This document shows positions 41,301 through 55,486 of a stretch of 64,000 bases of DNA, in pieces. The notes beneath the pieces are model-generated. The model saw only the letters and a list, made by a program, of their open reading frames with translations. It did not search any database and was not told the origin of the DNA. Numbering within the stretch: the stretch's first letter is position 1; every line of letters starts with the position of its first letter. The translations under genes and the position numbers were made by a program. The DNA is from Trichoplax adhaerens (taxonomy: Eukaryota > Animalia > Placozoa): contig NW_002060946.1 of assembly GCF_000150275.1 (NCBI RefSeq), positions 6,176,597 through 6,240,596 on the forward strand, written 5' to 3'.

Positions 41301-44228
41301 TTTTTTATTGCAGCATTTTGTAGAAGTTGCCCTTCACTAACGTGGTATGAACATCATGCAGACGTAGCGATACGTTCATTGTCAGTGGAAGTAATGATTA
41401 TACTATGAAAGTTTGGACTTTACCTGCTAGTTTCGATGAGGTATGGTTTAAGTTTTACAAATTAGTTAAATACCGTATGTACTATTGTACTGTTGTTTTT
41501 TTATACGTATGTAATCATAGAAATCTTTGTGATTAATGCAACTAATATCGACGACCGAATTCATTTCTAGGAGAATGTACAGTCTTTAACAGCTACTGTA
41601 ACAGAAATAAGCCATAAGAAGGTAAGCTCTCGATTTTGCAAAGTGATAGTGATGTAGCTGTTACCATTTAGTTAGTAGATCGAAGATAGATATTCTGAAA
41701 TAACTACCAAAATTAGCATGCAATTTTATCTTGTTTGCAATTTTTAATACTATATTAAAATGCTGTTAAGGATATTAACTCCATTGATGTATCACCAAAC
41801 GATAAGCTAATTGCCACAGCATCTCAAGACAAAACTGCAAAAGTAAGGTTATATAGTCAATTACACCTCGTATGACTGATAGCCTTCCTTACTATCCTAC
41901 TTATTGACATTGTTTAACATAGGTATGGCTCGTTTCTGATGGATCACTGCTGGGAAGTTGTGTCGGTCACAAACGAGGGTTGTGGTCTGTACAATTTTCT
42001 CCCATAGATCAGGTAATTGATGCGACCCGTTCGTTAACGTTAACAGCATATTCAGCTTTTTTATGTGCTTACTATTGTATTTATTCGCCTTTAGTGTATC
42101 GCAACGTGTTCAAGCGATTCTAACATTAAGATTTGGTCTGTTATCGACTTTACTTGTGTCAAGGTTATTCTTTCATTCAGTACTTCATTTGCCTTGCACG
42201 TAACTTAATGCGTACGTCATAGAAAACCTAATTCATGAGATGTTGTAAATTGTAGACTTTTGAAGGCCATTCTAACTCTGTACTTAAAGTAAGCTTTGTA
42301 ACTCGGGGGATGCAGCTGTTGTCAAGGTATAGACTAGTCAATAACATTGATAAGTTAAGATTGGCAGTATTTTAAACAGTCAATACTATCGCTACGATGA
42401 TTGAACGGTTTTTAATTTTTAATGTCTTTGGTTGAACTATGTAATCAAGTGACTCTGATGGGTTAATTAAGTTATGGACAATTAAAAGCAATGAATGTGA
42501 AAATACTTTTGATCATCACACAGATAAGGTAATTCACTACAATGCTATATCCAAGATGGCATTTTTTTTACTACCGTTGTTATTTAATTTTAATTCTCTG
42601 TATTAAATTTATAAAGCATAAACATTAATAAATCTATTGTGGAATTTTTATTGGCTGTCACTAGGTATGGGCTATAAAGCCTAACTCTACGGAAGAATAC
42701 TTTGTATCTGGCGGTGCTGATTCAAGTTTAGCTATATGGAAGGTGATAAAACGGTAGCAGATCATGAAATGAAATGCTGTCCTTATGTATTAAATTTACT
42801 AATTTTAAAGGATATGACCGCTATTGAAAGAGAAAAGAAAATTGCTGAGGAAGAGGAATTAATAGCAAAGTATAGCTTAGACGCCTTTTGTTGTGTTCAT
42901 GCATATATAGTAGTATCCTTTATAAAATTTACATTATTGCTATCTTAGGGAGCAAGAATTATCAAATCTTTTGCATGCTAAGAAATTTACAGAAGCTCTC
43001 AATATGGCTATTGGTTTAGAAAAACCCTTCCTAACCTTGACAGTTGTCAAAAGTAGGTGGAAGTAGATGCAATCTTGAAACCTATTAGAAGAATATGAAA
43101 TGTTTAAGATTTAATTTTATTTTATATCTCAGCTATTCTCGATCAACCGGACGGTCTGGAAAGTATCGATAACGTTATTCAAAAATTAGATAAGAAGCAC
43201 GTAAATACAATATTCCAGTATTTGTCGACTTGGAATACTAATGCTAAGCATTCAAGGGCTGCTCAAATTGGTTAGTTTGTCTCTCCTTCATCATAAATGC
43301 CAAAATGTTCCTTCATTGACGGTAACTAATGTTATCCTTATTATTTCATTTTATTATTTAGTTTTATCTATAATTCTTAAGAATACGATACCTGAGGATT
43401 TAATTAAAATGCCAAGCATGCAGACCACTTTAGAAGCGCTTATACCATATACAGGTAATTCAACGAACGGCATCGAATTTAGAGTGTACTGCTATTTGCT
43501 ATATCTTATTACGAGTATAATACTAAGAATTTTCTCAAATTGATAGAACGTCATTATCAAAGGCTCGAGCGACTGTTAGAGGTAATCTTCGTTATCGTAG
43601 TAGCTAACCTGGTGTATTTTAGTATGCATAAAATTAAATTTTATCTTTGCGTTTTGATTTCTGTAGCAAAGCTATTTCATAGAATATACCTTACAGTGTA
43701 TGAATTCAGCAACATTTTCACTTACTAACGGGTAGGGAAATATATGATAGTGCAGTTTAAACAAGCTGTACAAAAGTTTAGGTTCATATTTTTTTCCACC
43801 TTGTATGTAAATCGTTTTATTATCGATCGTATTAGTAATGATATCACGAAAATGGAAGTCACTGATCTTACAGTCAAGGAAATACCAGAAAATAAGTTAA
43901 CTGAAACACTCGAGAATGGTGCAAGTGATACTGTAGATGCGAATACAGCTACATTGGACGCAATGGAAAGTTTGAAAAATGACGCTTCGGATACCGTTCT
44001 AACTAGTAAAAGACAGCCTACTACTGTGAATGTAAGTCATCTAATATTACGGTGCTATTGCTCAAAAGTAAATCTTCAGTTATAAAGCACAGGCAAGTAA
44101 TGTTCACTGTTATATCAACGAAGGGAAATTACGATGGGAAGAATGATGAAACAATTAAGCAAAAGAGGAAATCCCGCGACGTAAAGGGACGAAGCAAAAA
44201 GAAAAAGGCCACGATTGCAAATATTTAA
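37456..44228 (+). CDS. TBL3: Transducin beta-like protein 3 / UTP13 (SSU processome, WD40 repeats + Utp13 C-terminal domain); alternative start exons at 37456, 37836 and 38207
   Basis: Exon 1 MAA(S/N)AAS(V/G)QLLKK (phase 2) joins exon 2 at 38785 YSVTSHLEPIFTGGTLQ; then HVGPVVAMEFDASSTLLATGSSDSTIKIWD, GHNDEIVD, KDINSIDVSPNDKLIATASQDKTAK, GHKRGLWSVQFSPIDQ, FEGHSNSVLKV, KEQELSNLL, WNTNAKHSRAAQ, LEALIPYTERHYQRL; basic tail ends TAA at 44226-44228. Confidence 0.95.
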
Positions 44229-44790
44229 CCCGATCTGTAATCAGTTAGTGAGCGTTTGCACTTTCATCATAATGGTGCTGCTCAGCAATGAGCGAATGAT
44301 GTATACTAGGCAATTGAATTCGTAGCTGTTATTTTAAATGTACATATAATTTTTTTGGAAATCATATTTTGAATTGACAGATACTGTTTTATTAGTATCA
44401 GATATGGTATCAAATTTAAGAGGTTATCTTGTATCTCCGGTATATTCTTTCAAGCAGATGTTAATAATTTCGACACTATGAAAAGAGGTAAAACCAAATT
44501 TTACTTGCATGCATAGTTTTTAGTGTTTATACATCACACCCTCATCTATTACTACGGAAGCCAGAATAAAATGAATAACGATCTACGCGAAATGTGAAGT
44601 TTGTTTGTTTGTCATATATCATGCATAAATGAAAAGTGATAAGATCTGAATTTTTAATATCCAAGTTGATGATATAATAAAAAGTTATGAAATGCATATT
44701 TACATAATAGTTTTCATAATTATCCATCAAGGTTTTTGTCTGTATCATGAAACTATAAATGCTGATACAGATATGACAATATCTGCAATT

Positions 44791-47700
44791 TTACGATATC
44801 CCAAAATGTACAATAGAACTTGCTTGTGGTTTCTAGTAGCAGGTAAAAGAAAGCAACAATATAAGAATAATTTTAAAGCAATGTCTATTGGTATTCTAAT
44901 TGAAATCTGACTCGAGAACGTTTCAAGAACGTAAAAGCTATATTGAGTACATATAAACTGTCGAATTGCATTAAGGCAGTTTCTGTCACGTACCATTTGA
45001 TCGGGAATTTCTGAAATGCATGATATAAGTTATATGAGTTAGTGATGCTCAATTATAATTATTCAAATTCCTACTGTACATTTTAAAATATCCCAGAGCA
45101 AATAAGAATGCTAAAGTCATAGATAAATTTGCTATCACTTTACTAACCTCCATCCCTTATTCGTTTAGCTTCTGCATTCAATAGTTCAAAGTTTCGCGAT
45201 GTGTCTTCGGTGACTGCATCAGAATTATCCACGTTTTCTATAATGGAGAATATTCTGTTTAAGCACGATAGCATTTACGCCTTAAAAGTGATAAGTTAGA
45301 ATTTTAACAAGTTATAGAATAACCGTCGCTTAAAATTCTAGAATTGATTTCGTCTGCTTTAGCTTTCGCTGCATAAGCCAGTGTTAATTCATTGTAATCC
45401 ATAGCTACGTAGTACAGATCCTATGAAGATATATATTCTTTTACTTTTAGCTTGATTAGCCTTTTATCGTCATAAAAAAGCATTAACTATAAGCTTTTTT
45501 GATTAGAATTCTGTCTTTGCTATATATCTTTACGCAATTACAGAAATTACTGTCAATACAAATTGCCACCAATAACTGTAGTAGTGCTTACCATAAATAA
45601 TTCTCTGTTTTCTAACCGATCGGCTACGTAGAACGCTTTTTCAAAACTTTTTCGTCTAACAGTAGATCGGCGTTAATGGTATTGTTAAAGGATTTGATAG
45701 AGCTTAATGTTCCAATAGTAATTATTATATTAAATTTAATTTATTTAGTTTAAAATGAATAGTACCTAATAAAATTGTCGAATAAGCGTTGTAGTAGTCC
45801 TTCTACAATTTGTTTAAATTCGTCAGCAATTTTTACATGTAAAGTTTGCTTTGGATTATAAAAGGTACCGATTGCGCTGTCAATTAGTACTATAAAATAA
45901 TTTAGGATAATTATATCAGCTTTATCAAATATTGAGAAATAGATACCATAATTAAAGTTTATAATACAGTAATTATGAAATAAACTAGAAACAGATTTTA
46001 AGTGAATATCCTTACATTCACTGTCTTCGTCCAAATCGTTCTTAAATATCTCATTACAGATAGCCATCAAACATGAAAAGCATATGTGACCTTCTCTATT
46101 CCAGTCAAGATTGGATAATATGCTGACGGCCTATAACGGTGTATTTATATATTTAGAAAGAAATTATTACAATAATTGCATCTATAAGTTATAGTGTAAT
46201 CCAATTTTTTCTTAAATGCAAGCCGTTAGATAAATACCTCTTCATATTGATTTTGTTTTAGATACTCATTTGTAATTTCGATAGGTCCTAGACGTCCATT
46301 ATTAAAAACCCCAATTTCTAGCCGTAAAATGGCAATTGGTCCTCTATTAACAAATATTTTACATATAAAAGTTAAAATTGCGTAGCTTTAATGACAGGAT
46401 TATATTTAGGAGAATCGAACTGGGTAAAATTATGAGAGTTATACTTTGATAGAACAAGAGCAATATCAATGTAAGATTTAAAACGCTCATTTCCTTGACC
46501 AAGTAAACTTGTATCTGGTGACCATGTAACGGATACAAGATGGACTGGAGGCCTATTGAACACAGTAGCCGATAGCAAACAATTTAGTCGCCATAATACA
46601 CATTTAAAATAAAAGCATCGGCAAGTGCCCTTAAATTTAAGCCAGTCTTAGTGAGATTGTTATCAGTTAACTTAATTCAAGTTGACTTACACCAAATACT
46701 TAGCAAGATCTAAATGATTCAGTTTCATTGGTTCCTCAGTTAACATATGAATTGGAAATTCGGATAGGGCTATATCGAATAGCTAAAAAATAACTGATGT
46801 TAGCGAATAGATCAAAGTATATAATTGCTGTTCATTAATAATATAGTACAGTAATTATATTAGGCTCTACAGCAGAGGTTAAGTTTATTTGTAATATTAT
46901 AAATGGAGTATGGTGATGATTAAGATAGATTTGTAGAATTTGATTAGAAATATTTATGATCGATTCTTATATTTTTTTAACCATTAATTGCCACTATAAA
47001 TTTTATACGCATAAGTCAAAGTAAAGCAAATATTATATTTGAAATCAAGCTATTTCCAAATAGTTACAGCAATCCACAATATGGCACATAGGCAACTTTT
47101 CTACTAAGAAGGATCAAGCAGATAAAGCTGAATTATCATAGTATAAATTGACAATTAACTCGTATGTAAACCTGAAAATCGCCGGCATCATTGGCCACTA
47201 TAAAAATTGTATCGTCCCAGTGCCACTGGATATAAATTGGATGATCCTTATAATTTAATCGTAAATTTTTCAATATGGCATTTTAATCGTTATAAAATAG
47301 CATGTTATAAGCCTTAGAGTAGGTCTATAAGTCTATTTTGGAATTATCTCAGATATAACCTTACCACAGCAGATTTTGTTGCCGATTTGCTTTCACAATT
47401 TTCATCATAACATACCTGTAACAAGTTCGTTAGAAAAACTTTTCATTATATGCTGAAATTTAATATCATATAATATTGCATAAATAAGTAAATCTTACGA
47501 TAGTTCCGTCATTACAACCAATAATAAATTTGTCTTCTGCATGATTGGGTTGACAGCAAGTAACAAAACCTATATAAGAATTGTTAAAATATGCTTGCCC
47601 AGGATGGTACTCACAGTAATCTAATATAATATTTGATAAACGTGCATTACCGGGAACAGAAATTTTATTTGAGACTGAAAAATTTTCCTAGAATAAGATT

Positions 47701-50700
47701 TAGATTCGAGACAGATAAATTGATCAATATTAAATGAAGGATAATTCATACATTTTCCCTATCCTAGGTAATATATCTTACCTCGTCCTTACTAAGGTCA
47801 TTTATATGTCGTTCTATAATATTTTCATCAGCTTGTGTTTCCATTGTGATAAATTGATCAAATTTTACAGCACTAAATTAGAATATTCCTTCGTCAGATT
47901 ATTTATCAAGTCAAACATGAATTCGATGCGTAATACTAAGCATGTAATTTCATCCTTTAAAAACATAAAACTAAAACAATAAGATTTATGGATATAAAAA
48001 TACGGAATCGCTAGCTAACATACCTAAAATATACACTCAGAGGATTACCAATAGTTCGATACGTACGAGTAATTTGTATCGGAGGCTGAGAAGATCTGAT
48101 TAAGAGTTATATGTTCTCTTGATCAGTTCCATTGTAAAATATTTATGTAATGAATAGTGCTAACATTACAATCTATTGTACCTATTAATGGAGCCTGCAA
48201 TTATGTTCTCTTGATGTGTGGTAACATCGTTATGAGCTCGAGAATTATAGTCGGGAGATGGCCACCATACTATAAACTATTTGATAAAATCCATCACAAA
48301 TACATTTTTAACATTAAGGAGTTTATTATATCTAAGTTTCTTACAAACTAGCGTATAGTATTGGAAATAAGATGCTTATTATGCCTTTGTTAGAATTACC
48401 CGGTCTTTAGTCACATTCACAGATAGTTTGGGTTTTACTCCGGCTGGTTTTCCCGGATTATAATCTTGAGATAGGAATTGGCACTTGAGAAAATTGGATT
48501 AGACGAATGTATAACATATGTGTTATTTATAACGAACGACTAATGTACAAAATGATATTAATCTATGTCAATCAAGTTAATTGAGTATGAGTTAATGCTT
48601 TTATTACCTTGGGATCAAATGCTGATAATTTTTCAAGTTTTTTCATCTCAGTTACACACTTGTGAAGTACCAGTGTTAACTTCGATTTATCGACGTGTAG
48701 AATTAGCAAATAATCATTTCCAATGCTAACTAAAGTATAATAATAAATAAATCTGTGTGTTAAAGATGTCATCATTACACTTACGATACTGCTTTTGGTA
48801 GCGTAGCCATACGCTGGTAAGCATTCTGTATTAGTAATTACGACTATTATCACCTACCATCGCTTATTTGGTCTCCATGTAATTTACTGACTAAGGTTTT
48901 ATCGATTAAAATCTGTTCAACATCAGGGCAATGTTGAGCAGTTAAGAACGATATCATAATCCCATTGCTCAAGATTACCTAGAATCCATGTTGAGTAAAT
49001 TGTCATAAAAATAAAGAAAGATTAACAATTAGAATTTGCTAATCATAAAGTAATAAAAATATTTTTACTACTAGTCCGGTTGAATTAACCACTTATTTAT
49101 TATTCTTCGTTATAGTATCAATAAATGAAATGTTTAAATCAATCTAAATAATAAACTTTGCAAATGTTAAATAATTGCAAAGTAATTTAGCTATGCATTT
49201 ATAGCATAAGTGAATATAGGTAATATTCAAATCGATTGTATGGATTGTTTGTAATTAATATTAATACCGCTTTAACTTACTAAAATTAGATGATCGCTTC
49301 TCCAATGAACGTGAACGGGTTGATGGTTTGCCATGAGTTCCTACAAAACAATGAAAAATATCGATAAACCATAATAGCATGATCATTTGCAGGCCATTCA
49401 TCATATAATATATGATCGTAACTAGACTTGTTTTAATGTATTGCCATGATGACTTTCCATGTACTATATGATACAATTATTAAGTTAAATATAAGGCTCT
49501 AGCTTTTTATTACTCAAGAAAAATCTACGAATATAGGTAATGGATATATATGATAATTCAGGTTTCCTGTGCTCGCGTCTCGTTGTACTCGCTCAACATT
49601 CATCTCTTCTGATTAACTAGCAGTTGGCTTTCTGATTGTGTTATAACTGATAAATAATCCACTTGACGCAAGCAAATAATAATATAAGCAAATATTTAAA
49701 AGGTTTTTACCAGTGATTCTCTTAAGTGATCTCTGATTTTTTTCCCCTGACTTTTAAGAAACCAGGTTATGTCTCGACCTACATTTACAGTAAGACCAAA
49801 TCAATCATTTTCACAGGTAGATAGACGTGAAGTATGTATATGCGAGTTTAAGTAGATAATAATTTCTCAATTATTTTAATTAAGCCAACGGTTCTTACTC
49901 TCTGCCCAATGCCTTCTATAATCCAGATACGATTCATCTGATTGACCTTTAGCGGGAGTGATACATAATTATTAAGTAACATTCAATTATCATAGTAATA
50001 TATTTTTGATATATTTATGTATAGATTAAACGCAAGCTGAAATATCGACTAGGCCTTCTTTACATGTGAGTAATGATTAAGCTACAGATGATCGACGATC
50101 AGAAGTAACTCTAGTTTTTAAACTGGCAGATTGGCATTAATTAATAGTGAAGCCATCCTAGATAATCTTTACTCTAGAAAGGTTTACTTTACAGTAGATT
50201 CAGTAAATTGTTTCTATTTTAAAGGATAAGAATATTTAATTCGAAGAATTATCTTATCCAATTAGCGCCGCAACTGCAAAGTTGGGAATGCTACAAGATG
50301 AAACACCTTGTGGTATGAAAACTATAACTATCAGTATCCAATACTTTTAGTAGGCTATTTAATCATCATTAACGTTATACGATTCTTGATGCTCCGGTAT
50401 TTTCAAATGACTGCAATTTTATTATCAGTCCTAATTATTTGAAGATATTAATATCTGATAAATCTTTACCTGAGCTCTTATCATGATAATAATGAATCCC
50501 TGTCGTAAGGCCTATAATGAATTGATGATGTAAACACCGCTGTGAGTTATCGACCAGAAATAATGCTCTAATCAAAGTATCTTTTCTATCATAGTTATCA
50601 TTTTCGGCTTGACTAATAAGTAGCTTTATTGCAAGCACTCTATTCTACTGTGTGCCCTATTTCTTCGTTACTAAAAATATCATGATTACTAGAATCAAAG

Positions 50701-51057
50701 TTATTACTCATAGTTAACAGAACCGTATTTTGAAGATTTATCTCGACTGTATTAAGGATACACTTTCACTGTAATTGACGATGTATACGAAATAGTAATC
50801 CATCTGATGAAAGCTACGCAAATATACAGAAACTATTAGTTCTCAGATTAACAAAATACTATTCGGTTTTGTTGGTATACAGATCGTACACTGTACACTA
50901 ATTAATTTGTGATTACGATTTCCAGCTTTCGATGTAGAAAATGTATCAATCAAAGTAATTTAAGTTATCGCAGTTTGAAGAATATTATCAAAATTGACTT
51001 ACTAGATGCTAAACAGCGCTGACTCCAGACAAATAAATTGGCTAACAACGATGCCAT
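44791..51057 (-). CDS. WDPCP: WD repeat-containing planar cell polarity effector fritz homologue (CPLANE complex)
   Basis: Exon 1 MASLLANLFVWSQRCLAS (51057-51003), then GIHYYHDKS, WAE|SRDITWFLKSQGKKIRDHLRESL, NNGRLGPI, LSNLDWNREGHICFSCL, AIGTFYNP, RRKSFEKAFYVADRLENRELFM|DLYYVA..LAYAAKAKA, and a terminal exon KPQASSIVHFGIS*; collinear with vertebrate WDPCP motifs. Confidence 0.88.
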
Positions 51058-51376
51058 ACTAAGAATTATAATGGTGGTTACAATGTTGAGCTATCTAAGC
51101 CAATTCGATCATAACAGTTATTATTTACTCAAATTTTCGTAAATAACGCATTGATGTTGATGATTTACGTCAAACAGACTTAAATACTGTTCACTATTCG
51201 TATGTATCTATCGCTAGTACGTCGAAAGGAATTTATATACGCTTTAGAATATAGAAAATGGCAGTTGATTGCGTATCGCTAGTTGCTAAGCTATAGTTAA
51301 CGGTGTATCAATTGAATTGAGTCATTTTTCATAAAAATGATTCAAATACGTAAAAAATAACGGTATTGGAAGAAGT

Positions 51377-51448
51377 GGCTCAGTGGTCTAGTGGCATGAT
51401 TCGCGCTTTGGGTGCGCGAGGTCACGGGTTCGATTCCCGTCTGAGCCC
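51377..51448 (+). tRNA. tRNA-Pro(TGG)
   Basis: Acceptor stem GGCTCAG/CTGAGCC, D-arm TGGTCTAGTGG, anticodon arm CGCGC-TT-TGG-GT-GCGCG, T-arm ACGGG-TTCGATT-CCCGT; 72 nt, no intron. Confidence 0.97.
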
Positions 51449-51460
51449 ATTCGGGTATAC

Positions 51461-51473
51461 TTTTTTTCTTTTT
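51461..51473 (+). terminator. RNA polymerase III oligo-T terminator of the tRNA gene
   Basis: T7-C-T5 run starting 13 nt downstream of the tRNA 3' end. Confidence 0.8.
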
Positions 51474-52531
51474 AAAAATTGGTGTATAATTAATTAATTA
51501 ATTTTATTTCGTAGCTTTCTCGATGTTGTTGCCCTCTGGATTGAGATAGAATAGCTGAATAAATATTGGTAAAGAATTGCGGAGCAGACCTCTTTGTACT
51601 TGATTGAGTTGTAGCTCACAATAGGATAACGTCTTATCTGGTACTGCAGAAATGATCATTGCTATTTAAATATTGCTTATTTACTAGACTTCAATAACGT
51701 TTTAGAAACTATAGAAAAGATATGGAACAGCAAAATCGTGATCAGATCATGACAGCAACTTAATCGATATTCTGATGCAGAAATAATCTGTTCCATAATT
51801 TATAAATAGAGATGATGATTTATCAGAGAAATCTAAGCATCTCTCTGTACACTTTACATTCTACTTTAAGTAAGCCAATTTTAGGGATGCAGTGATCCTC
51901 TATTTTCCACTTCAATGCCAAAAATTACAGAGCAAATAGATGATGAGCTCAGCCTTGTCTCTACTTATACTGTACCACACAATTAATTTTTAAGGAACAA
52001 ATATGCTCCTAACATTATCGAACATAATTTCAGAAGTTACTTAGAATTGCATCTAATTGCTACACATCTTTGTCCAATGCTAAAGTTATTCCTCCTATAT
52101 CGATTCTTTGTTACACTTTTTGTTCGATCAAAAATGGTACTATTATATTATCAAAGCCAAAAAAATTCGCATTTCACTATTTTATTAATCATTTGTTACT
52201 TTATTAAAAGTCAAAACGTAAATCATCATTACAGCACTATACATGCAATTTATGATATTGCTACAAATATTTCACGTCAAGCAAAACTTTAATTTTTTAG
52301 CTAAATATTTGTAAGCGATGACAAACAAAATCGAAGGTAGTGCTGATATACTATTCATTTCTTGATATAGAGTAGAGCTTGCGCGTAAACATAAGAATCC
52401 AATTTTGAAAGTATTTCAGCCATATAATTAGAAGCTCAATTTAATAGCTCAAGGCGTTATATGAGGAGTATATAATACAAGTAATTTAACAGTAAGGTTA
52501 AGCGTACAATTAGAAGCTTATATTAGCTTAA

Positions 52532-55366
52532 CTATCGTCTTCTAGAGCCGCCACCAGCAGCTAAGATTGTTGCAATGCGTATAAAGATATTGATGATATC
52601 CATGTAAACACCGATTGACCTATTCACATTTAAAAAATTGCCGATCAACAATAGTACAAGTAGGACGTATTAAAACACGATTTAAATTTTACGTACTCAT
52701 TGATAGGATCATATTTGACCGGATGATATAAAGAGTGTGTCTCGGCCTTTTTGACCAGTTTTTGTGTATCGTAAAGAAGTAATCCACCAAATACGAGTAA
52801 CCCACCGTATAATGAAATAGAATACAAGCCAGCGCCAAGCATGCCAGTTGCAGGGATGAAAGCAGAGCCTAAAATAACATGATGCAATGGTAAAAATATG
52901 TAAACTCGTCGCATGTTAGTCTACTGTACACATTTAAGGTATCGCTTTATAATTTCAATATATATATATATATGTCGCCCTACCAATCGATGCCATGCAA
53001 ACGCCTCCTAAAGCCAAGCCAAGTGGGCCACCCCAAGTCAAGAATTTTTCGCTCGGCGCACAGGCAGCGATCATGGATAAGCCACCTACTACACCGCCTG
53101 TTATAGCGGCTGCGCGCATTAACAAAGGTCCACCCATGAACATTAGTGGAGAAAGCACAAATCCTATAGTACCAGTATGAACAAGCCAAGCAAGATGTTT
53201 GGTATTCAATAGTCCTTCCTGGTATGGCATCGATTGGCATATATAAGCGGTGCCAATCATTGCAGCTAAGCTGCCACCGATAGCCTACAGTAAGAATTAG
53301 AAAGGACATATAGAATAAATGCATTATAGCGTTTTTCTATGAATCTACACTATACGGCAACTATCAGTGAGACGAACTTGAAAAAAATCTTATAAAAACT
53401 ATACAAAAATATTATACTTTTAACACAATAAGTTGATTTCCTAGTGTCTACTATTGGGAAGCAGTTAACAGAAATGTTCAAGGTAGTGTACTAAGTACCA
53501 ATGGTACGATTAGCTAGTTTAAACGTCTAATTAACTACTGTACATAATTGTTACGGTAATCTTACCAAGAGTGGGTTTGCTGTCATAAATTTGTATGCGA
53601 ATCTCGTCCGGTACAGTGATGCAGCAGATGCTGCTGTTACTCCTAGTCCAACCATCAAGTGGCCGTAGCTAGCCTTAATACGATCACGAACATATTGCGG
53701 CCAAATCCTGGTCATAGTAAAACGTTGGAATGTTTTAAATATTTTTAAAATAATTTACTGGATGTCTAACATCAACTGATTATTATTCTATAAGGTGTAA
53801 AAAACTAAAATCCTATCAAGATTTAATATACAGAATACTAAATTCCGACGGTCGTACTTTTCTTCTGTGGCTTAAATGCAGTACACTATCGAATATAATT
53901 CCCAGTAAAAAGTGTCCAGTACGTATATACGGGTATACTATAGTTAGTTTTGAATTGAACCATTTATTCTTTATTACTAATAACTAAAACTATAAAGGAC
54001 GTAATTGTAGTAGCATTCTGTAATAAATGCAGTGCTCAATAAACGCAGTTCTGCATCTTATCACTGATATAATATTATACTCTGTAAACAATAAGCCGGT
54101 TGGGATACATATAAATTACCTTACGTATAAAATTAGTTATCGATAGAGAGACAAGACCATGATACGGATTACTTGATTAATTTGGCAATTTATAGTATGG
54201 TATGCTAGACCGTTTACATACTTATTGTGAACTAATGTAGGTCTAAGGACTTACGCCATTTTATCGATTGCTCCAATCTGATTTGATAATCCCAGTCCGT
54301 AGTAGCATAATGCTCCAATACCTGCTGCGCTGGCACCTGCCACTGCCAATAGTCCATACTTTCCAGCTAGATTGAAGGAAAGAGAAGTTAGTACTATTCG
54401 ATCATCAATAGTATAGGCGTTATAATTATCCATTATTTTTTAACGGGTGCAGTAGTAAGCTACTAAATATGAAGAGTAAATGAGTATGGAAATTCAACAA
54501 GTTGATATCAATAAAAGACGTTCTGTTTCATACATTTCTTGTACGGATATTTTTTTAAATTTTACCAGCGATTTTAGGATTTCCAGCTTCCAGCCCAGTC
54601 TACTTAACTTATAATAAGATATGGACACTACATCAGATTACTATTGATAATTTCTGTACTTTTCTACTAACACAGTCCATGAAGTATAAATGGAGTATGG
54701 ATGACGTAATATTGCGGCTTCATGAAGTGTTCTGTACAGTACATACTATACGACGTATGCGAGATATCATTTGATCAGGCATCCATCCCAGGCAGGTTGT
54801 AGAACTACATTAAATAGTAAAATCCCGAAAATGAATGTATTTCGATTTTGTTTAAATTATACATTTACTTTGGGTTACTACGTTCCGCACGTATTGATAA
54901 TAACAAGTAAATGTTCAGTGGGAAATGACGATTGGCCAAGAGATCAGACAACAAACGTTGTGTCCATCTGTGGTAGTTTATAGTACTTCAGGGCTATGAA
55001 TTGTTATGAGTTTATGATCACTGGTAGCTATTCATTCACCATGTTAAGCGATTCAACGGATGATCAGGAAAATGGATGCAAAGGTACATAAAATGACGAA
55101 CAAGAGTAAATTAATTCCGTTTTCTTTTCTATCGATAGATAGAAAATCAACCAGCCTACGTATCACTTACATGACGCAAAAGCGCTCTCTTCAGACGCAA
55201 TTTTAGTTCTACGAACAGCTCTTTTAAGAGTACTGACACGACTTCTTGAGGTTACATTGCGAGCTGGAACCAGTCGAGTTTTTAATTGAGAATTGCGAAT
55301 TGCATAGGCTGAGTTGGAAAACCCAGTAAATCTTGTTAACTTGACGACACGAAAGATTGTCGACAT
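52532..55366 (-). CDS. GHITM: Growth hormone-inducible transmembrane protein (TMBIM5/MICS1), mitochondrial
   Basis: Arg/Ser-rich presequence-like exon 1; AGASAAGIGALCYYGLGLSNQIGAIDK; IWPQYVRDRIKASYGH; KHLAWLVHTG..AACAPSEKFLTWGGPL; SLYGGLLVFGGLLLYDTQK..YDPIN; SIGVYMDIINIFIRIATILAAGGGSRRR*. Confidence 0.95.
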
Positions 55367-55429
55367 TTTCACGAAAAATGGAGGAACACTGCGTAACGTA
55401 GACTACGCATGACTGGCTTCACTCTAGAG

Positions 55430-55486
55430 CTACAGTGTACAGTGTACAGTACGTATTGTAACAAATACTGTACACTGTACTGTACT
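55430..55486. promoter_or_regulatory. Putative GHITM promoter element
   Basis: TGTACAGTGTACA at 55436-55448 plus neighbouring TACTGTACACTGTACTGTAC, 70-120 nt upstream of the GHITM ATG. Confidence 0.5.

Noticed and set aside
42913-42921. GTATCCTTT in TBL3 as a minor-intron donor
   Set aside because: It is internal to a short GT-AG intron whose normal ends give the conserved K|EQEL junction.
50752-50761. U12-type donor word GTATCCTT on the WDPCP strand
   Set aside because: It falls inside intron 1; the homologous exon 1 (51057-51003) uses a canonical GTAAGT donor in the correct phase.
51270-51296. Possible RFX X-box upstream of the ciliary gene WDPCP
   Set aside because: Only a half-site (GTTGCT) matches, too weak to call.
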